NCBI GenBank assembly: GCA_027604505.1
Contig: JADIIX010000071.1
Span: 62,001 to 111,783, forward strand
Direction: 5' to 3'
DNA length: 49,783 nucleotides
Source of the DNA: Gonapodya sp. JEL0774
Lineage: Eukaryota
Shown: positions 35,592 through 49,651 of the stretch, one piece after another
How positions within the stretch are numbered: the stretch's first letter is position 1
Layout of the letters: the number at the start of each line of letters is the position of its first letter
The notes under the pieces: model-generated
What the model was told of the DNA's origin: nothing
Database searches by the model: none
Seen by the model: only the letters and a program-made list of their open reading frames with translations
Program-made: the position numbers and the translations under genes

Positions 35592-37007
35592 CGAGTGCGC
35601 GAGTGCGGCAATGTGGGGAAATGTGGGGTTCAAGTGGAGTGCGGCCGTGTAGGGGGGAAGGGGGGAAGTGTTGGGGGGACCAAAAGATGAAGCAGCACCA
35701 TCCATGAGCACTGTGTCCGTTTCCCCCCACCAGACAAACCATCCACAGGTATCTGGAATTCTGCATATCGCGCCCCGGTATCCGAATCCAACCATAAATA
35801 CAGCTCCAAATATGTCCCCGCGAAAATCATCAATACCAGGTTCAAGTCTTCAAATATGATTCGTCACACTATACTTGATACGTGCAGGAAACGTTAGCAT
35901 ATTCAATTGGGGTTTGACGGGGACAGAACAAATAAAATGGGTTCATAATTTATTTGTGGTCAAAACGCTCTCCCTATTACGTGCATTGTCAAACCCCGCC
36001 AAAGCACAACCCTTATACGTATTCTACATCTCCTTCATTCCAGAAGTCAGGTGTACGGGCAGGTCATGGGCGCCCATAACTCGATAACAGTCTGGTTCTC
36101 AGACTTGCTATGTATAGAGTCAGTGGACGCTATCACTGCCCTGCCGACGACTTGACCCAGTTATGTGACCGACCCGCTACGAGAATCTCAAAGTGGCCAA
36201 GACTGGGCTCGCCCCCGTACTTGTATGAGTGGGTTGTTTACTCCCTTGGCTCTATTGATCTCAGCCCTTCACTTGCACCAATCTTGTCAGTTCCCGATTC
36301 GCTTTTGCCTTGTCGACGTTTCCGCCGGGGGGGAGGGGGGAGGGGAGGGGGGAGGGAAAGGGGACTCCGCTGAAGGGAATCGCACCGTTCTCTCCCGTAG
36401 TCGTTCCCCCCCGCCTTTGTGACACCACACCCGCACCCGCAGCAACCCTCCTGCCATGGAGACTCGAAGATTCTGGGCCTTGCTGGACACGGGGGTGCGG
36501 TGCGTGGTGCCTGGTGTGTGGTGCATGGTGGTCAGGACCCCACATGGTGGTGGTCCGGACGGTGAGTGTGAGTTCGGTTCGAAAGGTGCTGGTGCAGAGG
36601 GAGGTACGGGCGAGCCGTGTCTCCAAAGAAAAGCCACAACAGGACAAAATGAGGAACCACACGCGAAGAATGTACAGAGGGTTAGTGGTGTGTGGTCGAA
36701 AGTCCAAACTGCGATTTTGGGGGGGAAAAGACTGGATAAACCGCATGTTGCGTTGCTGTATTATTACAAGAGTGAGTCCGCCATTGCGAATCTCGTGGGC
36801 ACAGTTCGGGGTGATAAATTAGCGGACATTGTAGGAATAATGAAAATACATACTCGTGAGAAACTACCACACTGGACACACAGCACGGACTTCCAACCAC
36901 ACGAGGCCCGCTCCCAAAAACGAGAAAAAATAAAAAAATAAAAAAAAATAAGTCGGCCGGCGCACGTAGAGTGCCAGGATCTGGCGTATGCCGTTGGGTT
37001 CCCCTGT

Positions 37008-39981
37008 TCACATCATCTCCAACCCATCGATAGTCCCGCTGGCGCCCCGGTACTTTCGCCGCCGCTCTTCGCGGTTCACCATGGTGATGATGAGCACAAC
37101 GGAGCCTGTGGAGACGATCCAGCATCCGGAGCTGGGGGGGGGGGGCGGTGGTGGGGGGGGCGGATGAAATGGGGGAATCGAAAGGTGAAATTTGAAGCGG
37201 AGAGGGGTAGGGCTCAGGAAAATGCGACGCAGGACGCTCACCACACCCATCCGGCGAGTTCGTAGTAAGGACCTGACCAATCAGGGAACACGAAAGGTGC
37301 AATCGCCCCACTTTTGCCACAATAATGCGCGGTGAGAATCGAGAATGAAAATCGAGAATGAAGAACGCAAAAATGAGTGTCTCTGGGCGGCGACTCCCGC
37401 TCCGCCTGATTCACACCACCCACCCCAAGTTGATGAACACATTGAGCCACGCAAGGCCCAATGCGTGCGACGTTGCACCAATAAGCAGACTCTGCCTGAA
37501 CGCGTACCACGGCGGGGCGACTGCGATCCCCGACGCGGCGAGGAAGGTGACGGCGTACCTCGCCGCGAGAGGCCAGCCTCTCTTTGCGGACCAAGGGAGC
37601 AGCAAGTATCCCAAGAGGCTGAGTACACCCGGTGCGACTATGTGCCAGGTGCGTTCTCGGTTGAGATCGCCGTGGATGGCCATGAAGATCTCGAATAGGC
37701 CACCCCACACGCTGGAGAAAGGAGGCAGTGGGGACTTTTCGGTGAGATATGGCGCCTCTCAAATCGGAAGAACGAAAATGTCTACTGACTTGGGCCATGC
37801 AGACATGAGATTCGCCATTGTTCCACCGAACCCCATGTCCTTGAGAATCTGCGGCTGGAGGAGACCGGTCCATTCATCAGCAACTGCATGTCGTTTCAGG
37901 TTCTAGGGGCGAGACGATTCGCTCACCAAGAAAAAACTCAAGCCGTAGAGTGGAATTGTTCCGACGCATACCGCGAGGGGAAACGCTATGTTCATGGGAT
38001 CTTTGACGATGGCCCAAAACTCGGCCGAGTTCCAAAACGACACGTCGGGGCTCGGAGCACTCGAGGGAAGTCTCAGCACTGCAATTTGCTATTTTTGGGG
38101 TATCTTAGTTTGTAGTCGCTAGAACAGGTTCAGGAGTTACCAAGGGCTTACCATTTCGCGGGAGTTCAAGAACGACGACGCGGTTTGAGGGTAGTCTGGC
38201 AGCATCAAAAGCACCACTGTGGCGAGAAGAAGCGCAGGTAACGCCTTTAAGAGTAGATTCAGAAGTTGGAGTAAATGATCTTACGCAAAAGGTTGATTAT
38301 CTTCCTACCTCTCTGTGGAAAAGACGCGCAAGGAAGCCAACAGTTTACCACGGAGACTCGATGTGCATCAGACTTTCCTTGCTTTTAACCAACTCGACGA
38401 ATAAAACACACATGATGAAAATCCATTTCCAAGCGCTCAATCCTCCGATACCATGCATGCTTGCGATGGCTGCTCCCAACAGACCACTGAACGCGCCGGC
38501 GATCGAAAAGCTCGAGTGGACCAGACCAACTCGAGTGGCATACTCGAAATTGCGGTACCAGAAGCCGAGATAGAATAGAATTCCCCTGGTGTGTTTGTGA
38601 GCTATATAAACCCGCAAAGAAGCCGGTATTAGATTGGAGCTCTTACGGCAGTAATCCAGCCTCGGCGACTCCTATTGCGAGCCGACATGCCAATAGTCCT
38701 GCAAAATTCGTGCAAAATGCTTGGCAGCTATAACAATGAAGAACAGGGTGTGCGGAAGACTTTGCCATTTCTGTCATCCCAGAGCAGCCACATGAAGATC
38801 AAACTCTTACCCGGATATCACACCCCACGTGACCATGATTCGAGCAAGCCAAACTGAAATACCACGCGAGAAAATCCAACACAAATGCCGGGGATGCAAA
38901 ATTGATATTATGAAAACGTTGGGGCGAAGGAGAAAATGCGTAGCTACCTCGAGGTGTGAAATACATCATAACCTGCTCGAAATCGGATGCGTGAGATAAT
39001 CCTGTGCCAATGCACTGCGTCAATCAAGCAGACTGACCATGTTGCTGGGTACTTCGAACAACAAGTACGTCAGGAAAAAGATGGAAACGCATCTGCAAGC
39101 GAATTTGACAAATAAAGCTTCGCACAAAGAATAGAATTGCTCTTCCACAATAACCCTCACAAATTTAGCTGTTCTGGCCGAACTGGTGAGCCGAATTAGG
39201 AACAAGACAATTAATTCAGAGAATTGTAATGATGGAGCAAAGACGGAGACTCACGGCCAAGCTCAGCCTCCATTGAGAATTGAGTGCCTTGGAGAACAAC
39301 TCGCGCATTTCCGATGTTCACGCGACTGAACCACTCGTTCCGTGTTTAATGACAACTCAGAAAAGTAACTAACTTTCAAACGCTTACTCGAGGTATGATA
39401 CCAAGTACTTGAGGCATAAGGGCGTGAATTTGTTGTCATCCGATTAGAACACGCTGACAAGGCAAAAACACTTCACCATCAACGTGCAGAGTGGCATGAG
39501 ACTGTCCAAGGGTATTGAACATAGATATACACCCAACCCAAACACAATTTTCGATAAAAATCCGAGGACGTCGTGAAATTAAGAAGGCGAAGTAATTGAA
39601 ACCCCAAAATATATGCAAATTTGAGCAAAATTCGTTAAAACGTCGCCCAGATTTCATGAACATCAAACTTTAGCACGCACCGCCAATCCAATTTCCGAAC
39701 CAGCCGTCGCTCCTCTTCAAAGTGATCACACAAAGGTTGTCAGCTGGAGGAACACCGCTCTGAAGCATTTTGTCTCCCCAAAGCAGGATAGGCCGATGCA
39801 TTCCCGTCCCCTTTCCACGTCTCGTTCTCACCATCCTGAGACCAGGTTGCAGGATTGTACTTCACCTCATTCATCGAGGAGAGACGCGCAAGACCCGTTG
39901 TATCCTGACGATTAGTTACACCGGAATAGTGTCGCGGTCTCCTCTTGGGCGGTGGCCGCCCGGCAAGGACGCCGCCACCAT
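37008..39981 (-). CDS. MFS transporter, anion:cation symporter / allantoate permease (Dal5/Tna1-like) family; start approximate
   Basis: ERRLVRKLDWR, YL.RVNIGNAR, IFFLTYLLFEVPSN, FYLGFWYRNFEYATRVGL...AGAFSGLLGAAIASMHGIGGLSAWKWIFI, LPDYPQT.SFL. Many short introns. Confidence 0.9.
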
Positions 39982-40333
39982 AGAAGATTTTTTTTTCGTT
40001 GCCCTACCTCGCTTCTCATTCTCTCGCTCTTTGAGAAATAAAGCAAGAAATGCATTGAAGTAAACAAGGAATTGTGCTTTATCCTTCTGTACCTTCTAAA
40101 GAGAGGACTTAACACTACATATTAGTAGCATCATATGGGGGATTGGAATAATACCCCGAAGGGCGTTTTCATATCCCTGTTCATTGCGTTCGCGGATCAA
40201 AAGTAAGATACATACACGTAAATATAGTTGTGACTTCAGGCATCTAACAATAAATGAGTCTCTGGACTCTTTCATGCATGTGTTTGTTTCCACTCAATAG
40301 TTCAAGACCACAGCTTTCCCTGCTACATATCCA

Positions 40334-43281
40334 TCACGACAATCCCGCCCTTCTGAAAGCCATTAGCGCTGCTACAGCAGTTTCCAACACAGGCTTCGGT
40401 GTCCCTTGCTTCACCAAACCTCTAAGTGCATCCACGCCACCTTCCTTTTCAATCCTTTCGCACCACTCCTTCTTCCCGCAATCAGCTAGATTTTTGAGTA
40501 TCTCCGCACCACGGTGGTGCAGCTCGGCACCCATATCAGGCTCAAGCAGCTCCACGACATATTGGATTCCACGTTCTTGTGCGGCAATGAGAGCACACGC
40601 TCGAGGGTCTGAGGAGAGAATCGCGATACATCCACTTGCTGCGCGAACCAGCTGGGTGTCGTCCACCGTGCATAGCGCCAAGAGGAGTTTCAGGCGGTCC
40701 TTGTTCGAACTCCCCGCGAACGACTCAAATACCGCGGGATGGTTGACCATGTTGCAGAGTAACTCTGTAGCAGCTCTTCGTACTAGCGGATGTTCCGAAA
40801 ATTGCAACGTTTCCGCTTCTTTTGCGATCCCCAAGTCAGTTAATCGTTCTCGGACCGCGTGACCTTCATCGCCTTCCATGCTGGTCAGGTTTGTCAAAGC
40901 CAACAGTCCTTCGAACTGCCGAAGCTCGGACTCGCCCTTGAGCAAGAAAGACACAGCTGAAGCAACCTCCAATGCTCGGCCAGATTTGAACGCCAAGTGC
41001 GGGTCCACCACTACCGCAAGCAGCGCAAGCACTTGCCGTGCACCGTCTCTCCCGTTTGGGGTGCATCGCTGTTCGTCCTTTGCCAAGCTAAGCAACACCG
41101 GTACTGCACCCTGCTGTACCGCTAGGCCTCGTGACTCTTTGGCAGACTTCTGATCCGTCACCAAATCTCTCACTATCTCCGCCGCTGCAGCCCGGAGTGC
41201 GGCAGATGCATCCTTCCTTCTAGCCGCGGCCATCACTGCCGCAATAGCCCCAAGCTTGACCAACCTTGTGCACCGTTTTGCTACTTTATCGTCATCCTCG
41301 GCGGGGTGCATCTCCAGTGGCTCGACTTCTTTAGCGAATTCTTTGAGCTTTCGTGCTTGCTGTTCCTCTGCAGTCAGCCGAGGACGATAGGCGGCGAGAT
41401 TTCCAATCACACTAACAGCACCAAACGTTGCGGGACCCGATTCCACGTTCGTACAGAGGGAAAACACTGCCTTGAGCAGCGTTTCGTCTCCCGCTACGAG
41501 ATCTTTGTGCTCTGGTCGCACGGAAAAATAAGCTAGCGCCTCGACTGCATCTGATTGTGCCCTTACAATCGCGAGTGAGTCTGTCAGTGTGGTTTTAAGT
41601 GCGGCCAGCAACCGAGAAGGATCACGGTACAATTGGTCCCTGAGATTCGGTGAGTCGGGAGCGAGCTTCGCGAGAGTGAGTGCAGCAGAGGAGCGGAGAG
41701 CCAACAAGGATGCTACAGTTGGTGCTATTTTACCCTTTTTGGTAGGCTGTTGCGATACGGCCTTCTCTGGATCCGTCAAGTACATCCTCAGCACGGCGTC
41801 GCCGAGCTTTGTCGCAATGGTTTTTCTCCCCGCCGGGTCTCTGCACACTTCACCTGCTACCTCTACTGCTACTCGTCGAAACTCTGGTGTCTCAACCTCC
41901 AGCAGTTCCGAAACATCGTCGAGGAATCCTTCGGCGAGGATGACACGACAACCAAGAGGTAATGATGCCTGAACGACGGCGCGAACGCTCAAGAGCGATT
42001 GCGTTCTGGTAGAGGGTTGAGGAGAGTCGAGCCAGGACGTAATATGTCTGATGGTAGCACCGGCGATTAGGCCCAAGATGTCTTCAGAGGTTTTCTGAGA
42101 TGCGGAAGACTGCGGACGAGGAGCAGAGGATGATGGAGCTGGACTGTCATGTTCTGAGCTCAAAGCTGATGGAATGCCGGCGGTCGCATAGAGTTTCGCA
42201 AGTACCGATGGTGCGGCATCACGAACGAGCACCGATGATGACGCCGCGATTGCCAATAAAGCAGGATACTCCTCAGACACGAGAAGCTCTCTTGCGGCGG
42301 ACGGGTTTGATAGGCATCGAGCGAGTCCTGCGAGCGCCGCACGAGCGAGATCGACCGAGGTGGATTCCTTCGCAAGGACTTGAATGAGTGCCACTCCAAC
42401 TGCTTTCTGTGCCGGTTTGGCATTTGCAGGATCTGATTCTTCGCCTTTAAAATGAGACACAGAAGCTGACCCCACCTGAATGGCAATTGCGCTGGCTGAG
42501 TCAGGGAGTACAGAAAGAAGTGCCGGCAGAGCCCCTCGAGCGAGGTGGGACAGTAAAGGACCTTGGTGGGTAGGGAATTCAGCGAGGCGAGCGAGTGTGC
42601 GGAGGAGAAGGGAACGTAGGTGGGGGGTGGAGGCTTCAGTAGAAGTTTGAATGCTGGAGGTACTGCCGGTTGCGGAGTCACCCTTGCCTGCACCGGCTTT
42701 ACCGAAACCACCTGATATCAAAGATATGAGAGTGTCCGCCACAATTTCCACGCCTCCTTCCCGAGCAACTACTTTGGCAGCTGACTCTTCCGAGCACATT
42801 GCAGCCAACCTCTCGGCAGTGTCGAGCCTCCTCCCCGGATTCTCTGATGTCACCGAAAGTGCCAAGAGTAAACCTTTTGGAGAATGCGCCGACTCCTTTG
42901 CCGACACGTCGAGCAAAAGCTTCCGCGCTGATTCTTGAGCTTCGGCGTTCGACTTATCCAACGCCAAGGCCCTCCGAACGTCGGCAAATGCATCTGCCAG
43001 GAGGTCCAGACGGCGCAAGGCTTCAGCTCGACGAAGAAAAATTGATCCTGCGGTGATATCAGGGGTGTCCCGGGACTGGTTCGCAAGTGAGATGTTGTTT
43101 AGCTCTGGAAATTGGTTTGGACACACGAACTGATGTTGAAAGCCCGACAAATGTACAGTGATGACGATCAACTGAGCTCACCTTTCGTGCATGCTTCAAC
43201 CTCGCTTCGCAATTCCCCTTCGTCCACTGTATTTAGAATCCGCATAGACAATTGAACGTCGTCCGCTTCTATTGAACCCAT
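40334..43281 (-). CDS. UCS-family myosin chaperone (UNC-45/She4/Cro1) with N-terminal TPR-like segment
   Basis: 945-aa ORF containing IFLRRAEALRRLDLLADAFADVRRALALDKSNAEA (TPR) and UCS motifs EALAYFSVRPEHKD, RGLAVQQGAV, VDPHLAF, QFEGLLALTNLTS, VRRAATELLCNM, ELHHRG. First exon inferred with ATG at 43281. Confidence 0.9.
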
Positions 43282-43749
43282 AACACGAGCTTGACTACGC
43301 ACTGTTTTCCATAGTTTGCTGCTGGCCCTTCAATGTGGCCTTCGAACCCGCAGAATCGGCAGAAATCATGAGTTTTATCTAGCGAGTTCCATTGTGGTGG
43401 TGTACTCCGTGTTCAGGCGCACTACAGACAGGATGCAAAAGACCATTTCAACAATTCTATAGTTGCCTCTTCTTGGAGACAATCTTAAAAGGCGCAAGTG
43501 CTGGCATCACGATGAGCAAGAACGAGTATGATGTGTTGAAGTACAGGGAAGATTACGCCATGTTCCCACGAAGAGTGAAACAACAACGCATTGCTTTTTT
43601 GGATAAATGCATCCATAATATTATTCACGAAGTCGAAGCAAGAAAATAGGGCTCTTGACTCAACGTTCCGCGTCCACTCCCGGCCAACCCCGGTAAATAC
43701 CGTTGTCCCCCAACCTCACTCCCCAAAGTTTTCACACTGCAACTCCACC

Positions 43750-45732
43750 ATGGTCGTTCCATCTTCAACAAATTTGTTTGACCCGGATAATGTTACCACT
43801 CAGGCATCGGGACTGAAGTTGACAATCGACGAGTTCTGTGAGGGTGTCCTAACCTTGGAAGAAAGATTGTTTTACGAGGAGAATGGTGAGCACGACCAGT
43901 GATGGCACAGTATAGAATACTCTGTCTCAAGTTTTCTCTCCCTGCGCATCACTCTTATCCTCGCCGGTGGTTCCTCGATTTGCTCCCGTTGGGGACCGGG
44001 TTGTTCCTCAACCCGGGCACTCATTTGACCCGACACTGAACGAACCATTTGCAGGCTATCTTCTCAAGAAAAGAGTTATTCCAAAGGATCTTGTACAGAA
44101 GCTTAATGACCGTTTCCTGGAGTACGCGTAAGTCTGGCATCACTGAGGTCAGTCTTCGCTAGCTCAGCGCTTGTCGACAGAACCGGCGAGCGGCCTCTCG
44201 TTCCTCCGATGGGTCTCATGAGAGGTGAGTAGCTTTTCACTCTCGGACCTCACTTGGAGCTGTTCGTGAACGCCTAGCAACCATCACCATGGAACAGACA
44301 TCAGCCTCGTTCGCGCCGTTAAGTCGGGTCAATTACCCAAAGAGACGCTGAAGTCTGACAAGGGTGTCTACAAGATAAACTTTGCCATGGGTGGTGAGTG
44401 TCGTCCTTTCTCTAGTAGCCGCAGCCAACGAAGTGCCGAGCCCTTACTGGTATGCGGACTCAGACCCCGTTTTCCAGTCATGGGTCGTACACGAAGAAAT
44501 GTTGAAGATCGTTCGATGTTTCTCCGGGCCGGACACGAGTGAGTTACTTATAACTTAGTGCCTTAGTGGTGTTGAATGCCTTTCAACCAGGAATGTGTTC
44601 CCAGAAACATTCGCCAACATGTACATCAACAGTGTGTAAGATTCGGATTTTCGACATCCATCACAAAGTACCTAACTACCGGTATCTGCTTACTTCCCTC
44701 ACTCAAGAACCTCCGGACGTAAACGGCACCGGCATCCACCCCATTCACCAAGACATGGTACGCGTACACCATGTGATCTGCGCTCTCACCTTCCTCATGC
44801 AATCCATTCTTATTGGTACTTGTATGAAATTTTGAGGTTTACTATCCCTGGAGCCACGCCGACCGCACAGTTGCGGCGTGGACCGCTCTGGCTCCCGTGA
44901 CCAAGGACAACGGATGCCTTGTGGTTGTGCCGGGGAGTCACAAAAGGGGACTGCTTGAGCACTCGATTCCAGATTGGATAAAAAATGGTGAGCCATACCG
45001 TAATCGTGCTGTCTGAGTGGATTCCATCACGAATTTTTGACGAACTGTCCCGGCGCCCGCCACCATACCTGTCACCAACAAGCTGGTTTCCACACCGTCA
45101 CCGAAGTCGCTGACGTAAACGACCTCAACAACATCGAAGCTGCCCGCATCCCCCTCCTTCGCGTCGAGATGGAACCTGGTGACACCCTCTACTTCTCCCC
45201 CTTCATCCTCCACGGGTCGGGCCTCAACCACACAGACGCGAGCCGAAAGAGCATTGTATGCCATTACGCGGCATCGAAATCTAAGTATCTGACCGAATTC
45301 GACCCCAGTCAGGATTTCGCGGCATTGAATTTGGCAAAGTCGGCACATAGCGTACGTATTGTTACCTGAGTTGCTTTTGATTGGCTATATGTGTGTTAGA
45401 TTAAGACAATTTGTCTTGCTCGTCATGCTAGAAATCTGGCCACATGGAAAAGGACGCCGAAGTTGAGGTGCAACACGCGCGGGTATGTAGCTTGTGCATG
45501 CTGCAGCAGTTTCGTTCTTCGCCTGTTGCTCAGTGACGGCTCTGGACTATAATAGGAACTGACCATTCAAAGCTGGAAGCGCCAGGTATGTCCAAGAAGT
45601 GTTATGTTCATATTTTGTTGATACATATCTGACCCAAAGAATGAATGCATCTTGAATCTTGTTCTGTTTCAGGCTGTTCTCTCTTCTGGCTACGATTGGC
45701 GCAAGGAGTCAGGTGTTGACGATTACTTATGA
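43750..45732 (+). CDS. PHYH: Phytanoyl-CoA dioxygenase (PhyH, Fe(II)/2-oxoglutarate dioxygenase)
   Basis: LTLEERLFYEENG|YL, PPDVNGTGIHPIHQD (HxD), AAWTALAPVTKDNGCLVVVPGSHK, VEMEPGDTLYFSPFILHGSGLNHTDASRKSIVCHYAA (distal His, Arg). Roughly a dozen short exons. Confidence 0.9.
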
Positions 45733-45931
45733 ATGTATAGCACAATTGAAAAATATCGGTCAGATTTCTATCCAAAAATACAATTGAATTGGCTTGAAAG
45801 TATATAATAATGAACGTGTTATGACCAAGTCGCCACTTTTTGTGGGGTACATAATAATAAGAAGCCTCAGTGACTTCCATTTTGGGACTTTCCCGGAGGC
45901 GCCCCAGCTTGCATCCCAAAGGTCTGATAAA

Positions 45932-47592
45932 ATGCCGAAAGAAATGCAGTCCGGGATCGCATTTCTTGCGGCATTCGTCCTCAGCGTGGCGTGGAACGCG
46001 GACGCGCAGTTTGGTGGCAGCTACGGGGGTCCCTACGACAGTTATTATTCTCCTCCGCCGGACTCGTCGGGATGGGGCTCCTACCTGGGAGATAGCTGGT
46101 CAAGCTATGATTTTTCGACTGCATTCAATTCGTATTGGGGGACAGAGTCGCTCGCGGTCCCTGCTGCCACATCAGTCTCGCCAAGTGGAACCCAAGCACC
46201 TTCCAAAACCACCACTCCTGTCTTGAGCCGAATCTCATCCGCTCAAACTCACACATCTGCAGTGGATAATGCCCTTTCAATTGGCAATCCCACATCCACG
46301 CCTCAGTCTGTGATAGGGTTGAGTTCCAGCTCTGTTCGCATCACGAGCACAACACTCGGTACGACATCCAAGGCAGTCATCCAAACCTCCGCAAACAGTA
46401 CCACAGTCTCTTCGCTGGGTGTACCTGCCGCATACGTTTCTACAACAAGTGCACTACCGAGTACCGTTACTGCCGTCGCCCAGAGTAACATAGACAACCC
46501 CAGCAGCACATCGGCCGGGGTGATTGCAGGGGCTGTTATCGCGGGTCTTGTTGTGGTTTTTGTTTTGGCGACGGTAGCATGGTGGCGGCGGTCACGAAAC
46601 CGGAAAAGGCGAATCGCACGAGCTGAATCTCGTACGTCGTCGTGCCACCGCAGCCATTCACTAAAGGAATCGCTAATCTATTCTCAATTTGATATCTATA
46701 TACACCAGTTTCGTCTCACAAGTCTAGTCGCCAACCCCATTGGCGTGAAATGAGCTCAACAAGACAGCCTTCGCTTGTACTACAAGGGACTATTGGGAGC
46801 GAAACTCCAGGCAGTTTTCGGTCCTTGCAAACTCTTCCCGCCTCCGCAACCAGTGTTCGGCCTGTAAGCATGGCGAGCACGGATTGGACGATCTCATCGG
46901 TCAGACCCGTCGCCGAGTTCCTCACGTCTGTTGTTACATTATCGGCTTCTGGAGGAGAGACGCAGATTCAGCCTCACTGGGGCTACGTCGAACTTGTCGG
47001 CCGACCAGCTTGTGAGCAACCTTTCTATGACCTCCCTCAGCGCATGGCCCCTTTTGTGGTGGTTGCACAATTCGAGCCATCCCGAGAGGACGAGGTCGCT
47101 CTTGCAGAGGGTGATCTTGTGAAGCTTAAAAAAGCGTTTCGGGACGGCTGGGCTCTTGGTCGAAACGTCAATACAGATATCTTGGGCATATTGCCACTGT
47201 GAGTTCCGGCATTTGCGCGTCCTTTGAACCACGTTGCCGATGCGCTTTTCCATTGGACTTTTAGTGACCATTTAATGCTTGGAACCACTCAACGACCTGT
47301 TTCAATGGCACTGAGCCTTCGCTCCGAGTCAACTGGGCACAACGGTTTCCTTCGATCACCAGCATCACCGATACCGCGGAGAGACCCAGGTTCTCTCGCT
47401 GCACCTCGACCGTTGGTGAGTTTTGGAAGCTCCCCCCAGTGCCTCTCATTCCATCGTCGGCATTGTGTTTGTGACCTCGATTCCTTTTTTCATGGCGACT
47501 GTAAGCTCCATGCAAGCTCAGATGTGCGAGGGCCGGGCTCCGATTGGCGTAGACTGAATAATACACACGATTCTGCAGCCACCATGGTTTGA
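45932..47592 (+). CDS. Type I membrane protein: signal peptide, Ser/Thr-rich ectodomain, TM, cytoplasmic SH3 (paralogue 1); 3' end approximate
   Basis: IAFLAAFVLSVAWNADA signal, S/T-rich stalk, AGVIAGAVIAGLVVVFVLATVAWWRR TM, SH3 VVVAQFEPSREDEVALAEGDLVKLKKAFRDGWALGRNVNTDILGILPL. Confidence 0.85.
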
Positions 47593-47886
47593 CCTTTTGC
47601 TTTACATCACACGTAGTGTCATACTGCGGGCATTTCACGGAGTTTTGAACTAATTTGGTTTTTGTTACATCGAGCAAGGGATTGATTGTACATGATGGTA
47701 ATGGAGGGGATCGAAGCTAGCAAGCATACAAGTTCATGAAATGACTGTTTCAGGTCTTTGCCCCAGACTTGGTTGCACAAAAATATTTTTTTGGTGAGGA
47801 GAATAACAAGAGGGTTCACTCCTCAAAGTGGGGCTCTATAGCGGCATTACCTCCTTATCGTACACAGCACCCAGCAGGGGAAGAAC

Positions 47887-49651
47887 ATGCTCACGCTAGA
47901 ACACGCCATCGCACTTTGGATCGCACTGCTGACTCTTGTATCGCATGGATGGAGCGTAAATGCCCAGCTGGGCGCCTTGTTTCCCCCGCCTGCGCTCCCC
48001 ACTTTCACAGACCCAACCGACCCACTCGACACCCTAGACCTCCTTACCTTGACCTTGCCTGGCAGAGGAACAACAACTACCAGGCGGCGTACAAGCACTA
48101 CTACAACATCGCTCGCTGTTGCCACGAGTTCACGTGTCGTTCCCACAACGACTACCCGTGTCAATGTTCCCACCACAACCACCACAACCACCGCGACGAC
48201 AACCGCTCGAGCGACCACAACGACAAAATTTCCGACCACTACCACCAAAATCCTGAGTTCTATCGCAAAGACAACCACAACCTACTCCACGCTCACCAGC
48301 AGCTTCAATTCCTCGATAATCCAGGGGGAGGGTGCCTCAATTCAGAATCAAACTGATTCCTCACCCTCACCTGCTGGTGCAATAGCTGGGAGTGTTGTTG
48401 CTGTACTCGCTGTCGGGGGCATCGGGGTGTTTGCGTGGGCTCGGTATGGTCCCAAGAAGCGAAAATTACTCTTCAGGGGTGAAGGTGCGAAGTCACACAG
48501 TCCCCATACTCGTGACTAAAACTTGAAATCGATTTATTTACCCCTGTTTCTTTCAGGCGACTTCCCGCGAATGGGAGCAGAGGGAGAGAAATGGAAAAAC
48601 ATGGATGCACGCTCAAAGCCCCAAATGCATCCAGCCTACTACTCGACAGCTTCCGGTATGAACCCAGCCTATCCACCATATCAAGATTCATATCAGTACC
48701 ACGGAAATATGAACCGACAACTGGATACTTCGCAGGGTCCTGGGTTTGCCACTTATCATTCGGATGTCCAGAGCAACGCAGAGCCATCTGTTCAACAACA
48801 ACAACGCCACTATGAAGGCGTGTCACAGTCTTATGGAGACTACTACCCCGACAATTCCTCTGCCTATGCCAATAACCACATGCACGCTGGGTTCGCGTAC
48901 TCACCTTCCGGGACACAGTATATGCAATCGAATATGCCTCTCGCTGAAGCGGGTCCTTACACCCCAAGTGTAACAAGCATGAAAATAGATTGGGCAAATG
49001 TGCCACAGTCCGCAAGTGCCACCCAGAACGGTATGGAACCCCAACCTATTGTGGAAGCACCAAACCCAACCGAACCGGTGAGTTCGAGGAATCCAAGTTA
49101 AGTCGTACTGTTGCTTCACAAGCTATCGGTTGCAGGAGGCGCACTGGGCGTATGTCATGCTCGTTGGTCAACGGGCAGCGGATGCGCAAACCAGCACAGA
49201 GCTTCACCCACAACTGGCTCCATTGCCGGTTATTGAGGCTGTGAGTATATAGAGCTGTGGACTGAGCTTTGTCGAGTTATTAGAGTGCTGATCCCACAAA
49301 AAGTTTGAAAAGTCCCAGGACGACGAGCTGACGGTGGCCGTTGGTGACCAAATCAAACTCAAGTTTGCATACCGAGACGGTTGGGGATTCGGGAAAAACC
49401 TCAACACGAATATAGAAGGAGTTTTCCCGATGTGAGGAGTGCTGCGCGTCCTTTTGATGCTACCGCGCCCATGCTGAAATCACACCTCTTGTGTCCATAG
49501 CGACCACCTCATGCTCAATGGCACATCTCAGCAACCAGCCTCAAAGCAAATAAATGTCCGCTCCGTGTCAATTTCTACCTACAGCTCATCTCTCATGCTG
49601 TCCAAGGCGCTCCATCAGGCGCCTGCCTCTATTTCCTTTCACGGATATTAG
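47887..49651 (+). CDS. Type I membrane protein: signal peptide, Thr-rich ectodomain, TM, Tyr/Gln-rich linker, SH3 (paralogue 2)
   Basis: MLTLEHAIALWIALLTLVSHGWSVNA signal, poly-Thr stalk, AGAIAGSVVAVLAVGGIGVFAW TM, SH3 FEKSQDDELTVAVGDQIKLKFAYRDGWGFGKNLNTNIEGVFP|IDHLML. Stop at 49649-49651. Confidence 0.85.

Noticed and set aside
43392..43649. Small 85-aa ORF between UNC-45 and PHYH
   Set aside because: Non-ATG start, no recognisable motif, and it lies in a divergent promoter interval.
11226..45732. Fatty-acid/peroxisomal gene cluster (CAT + PHYH + MFS + Zn2Cys6)
   Set aside because: The genes are tens of kb apart and interleaved with unrelated housekeeping genes; no evidence of clustering.
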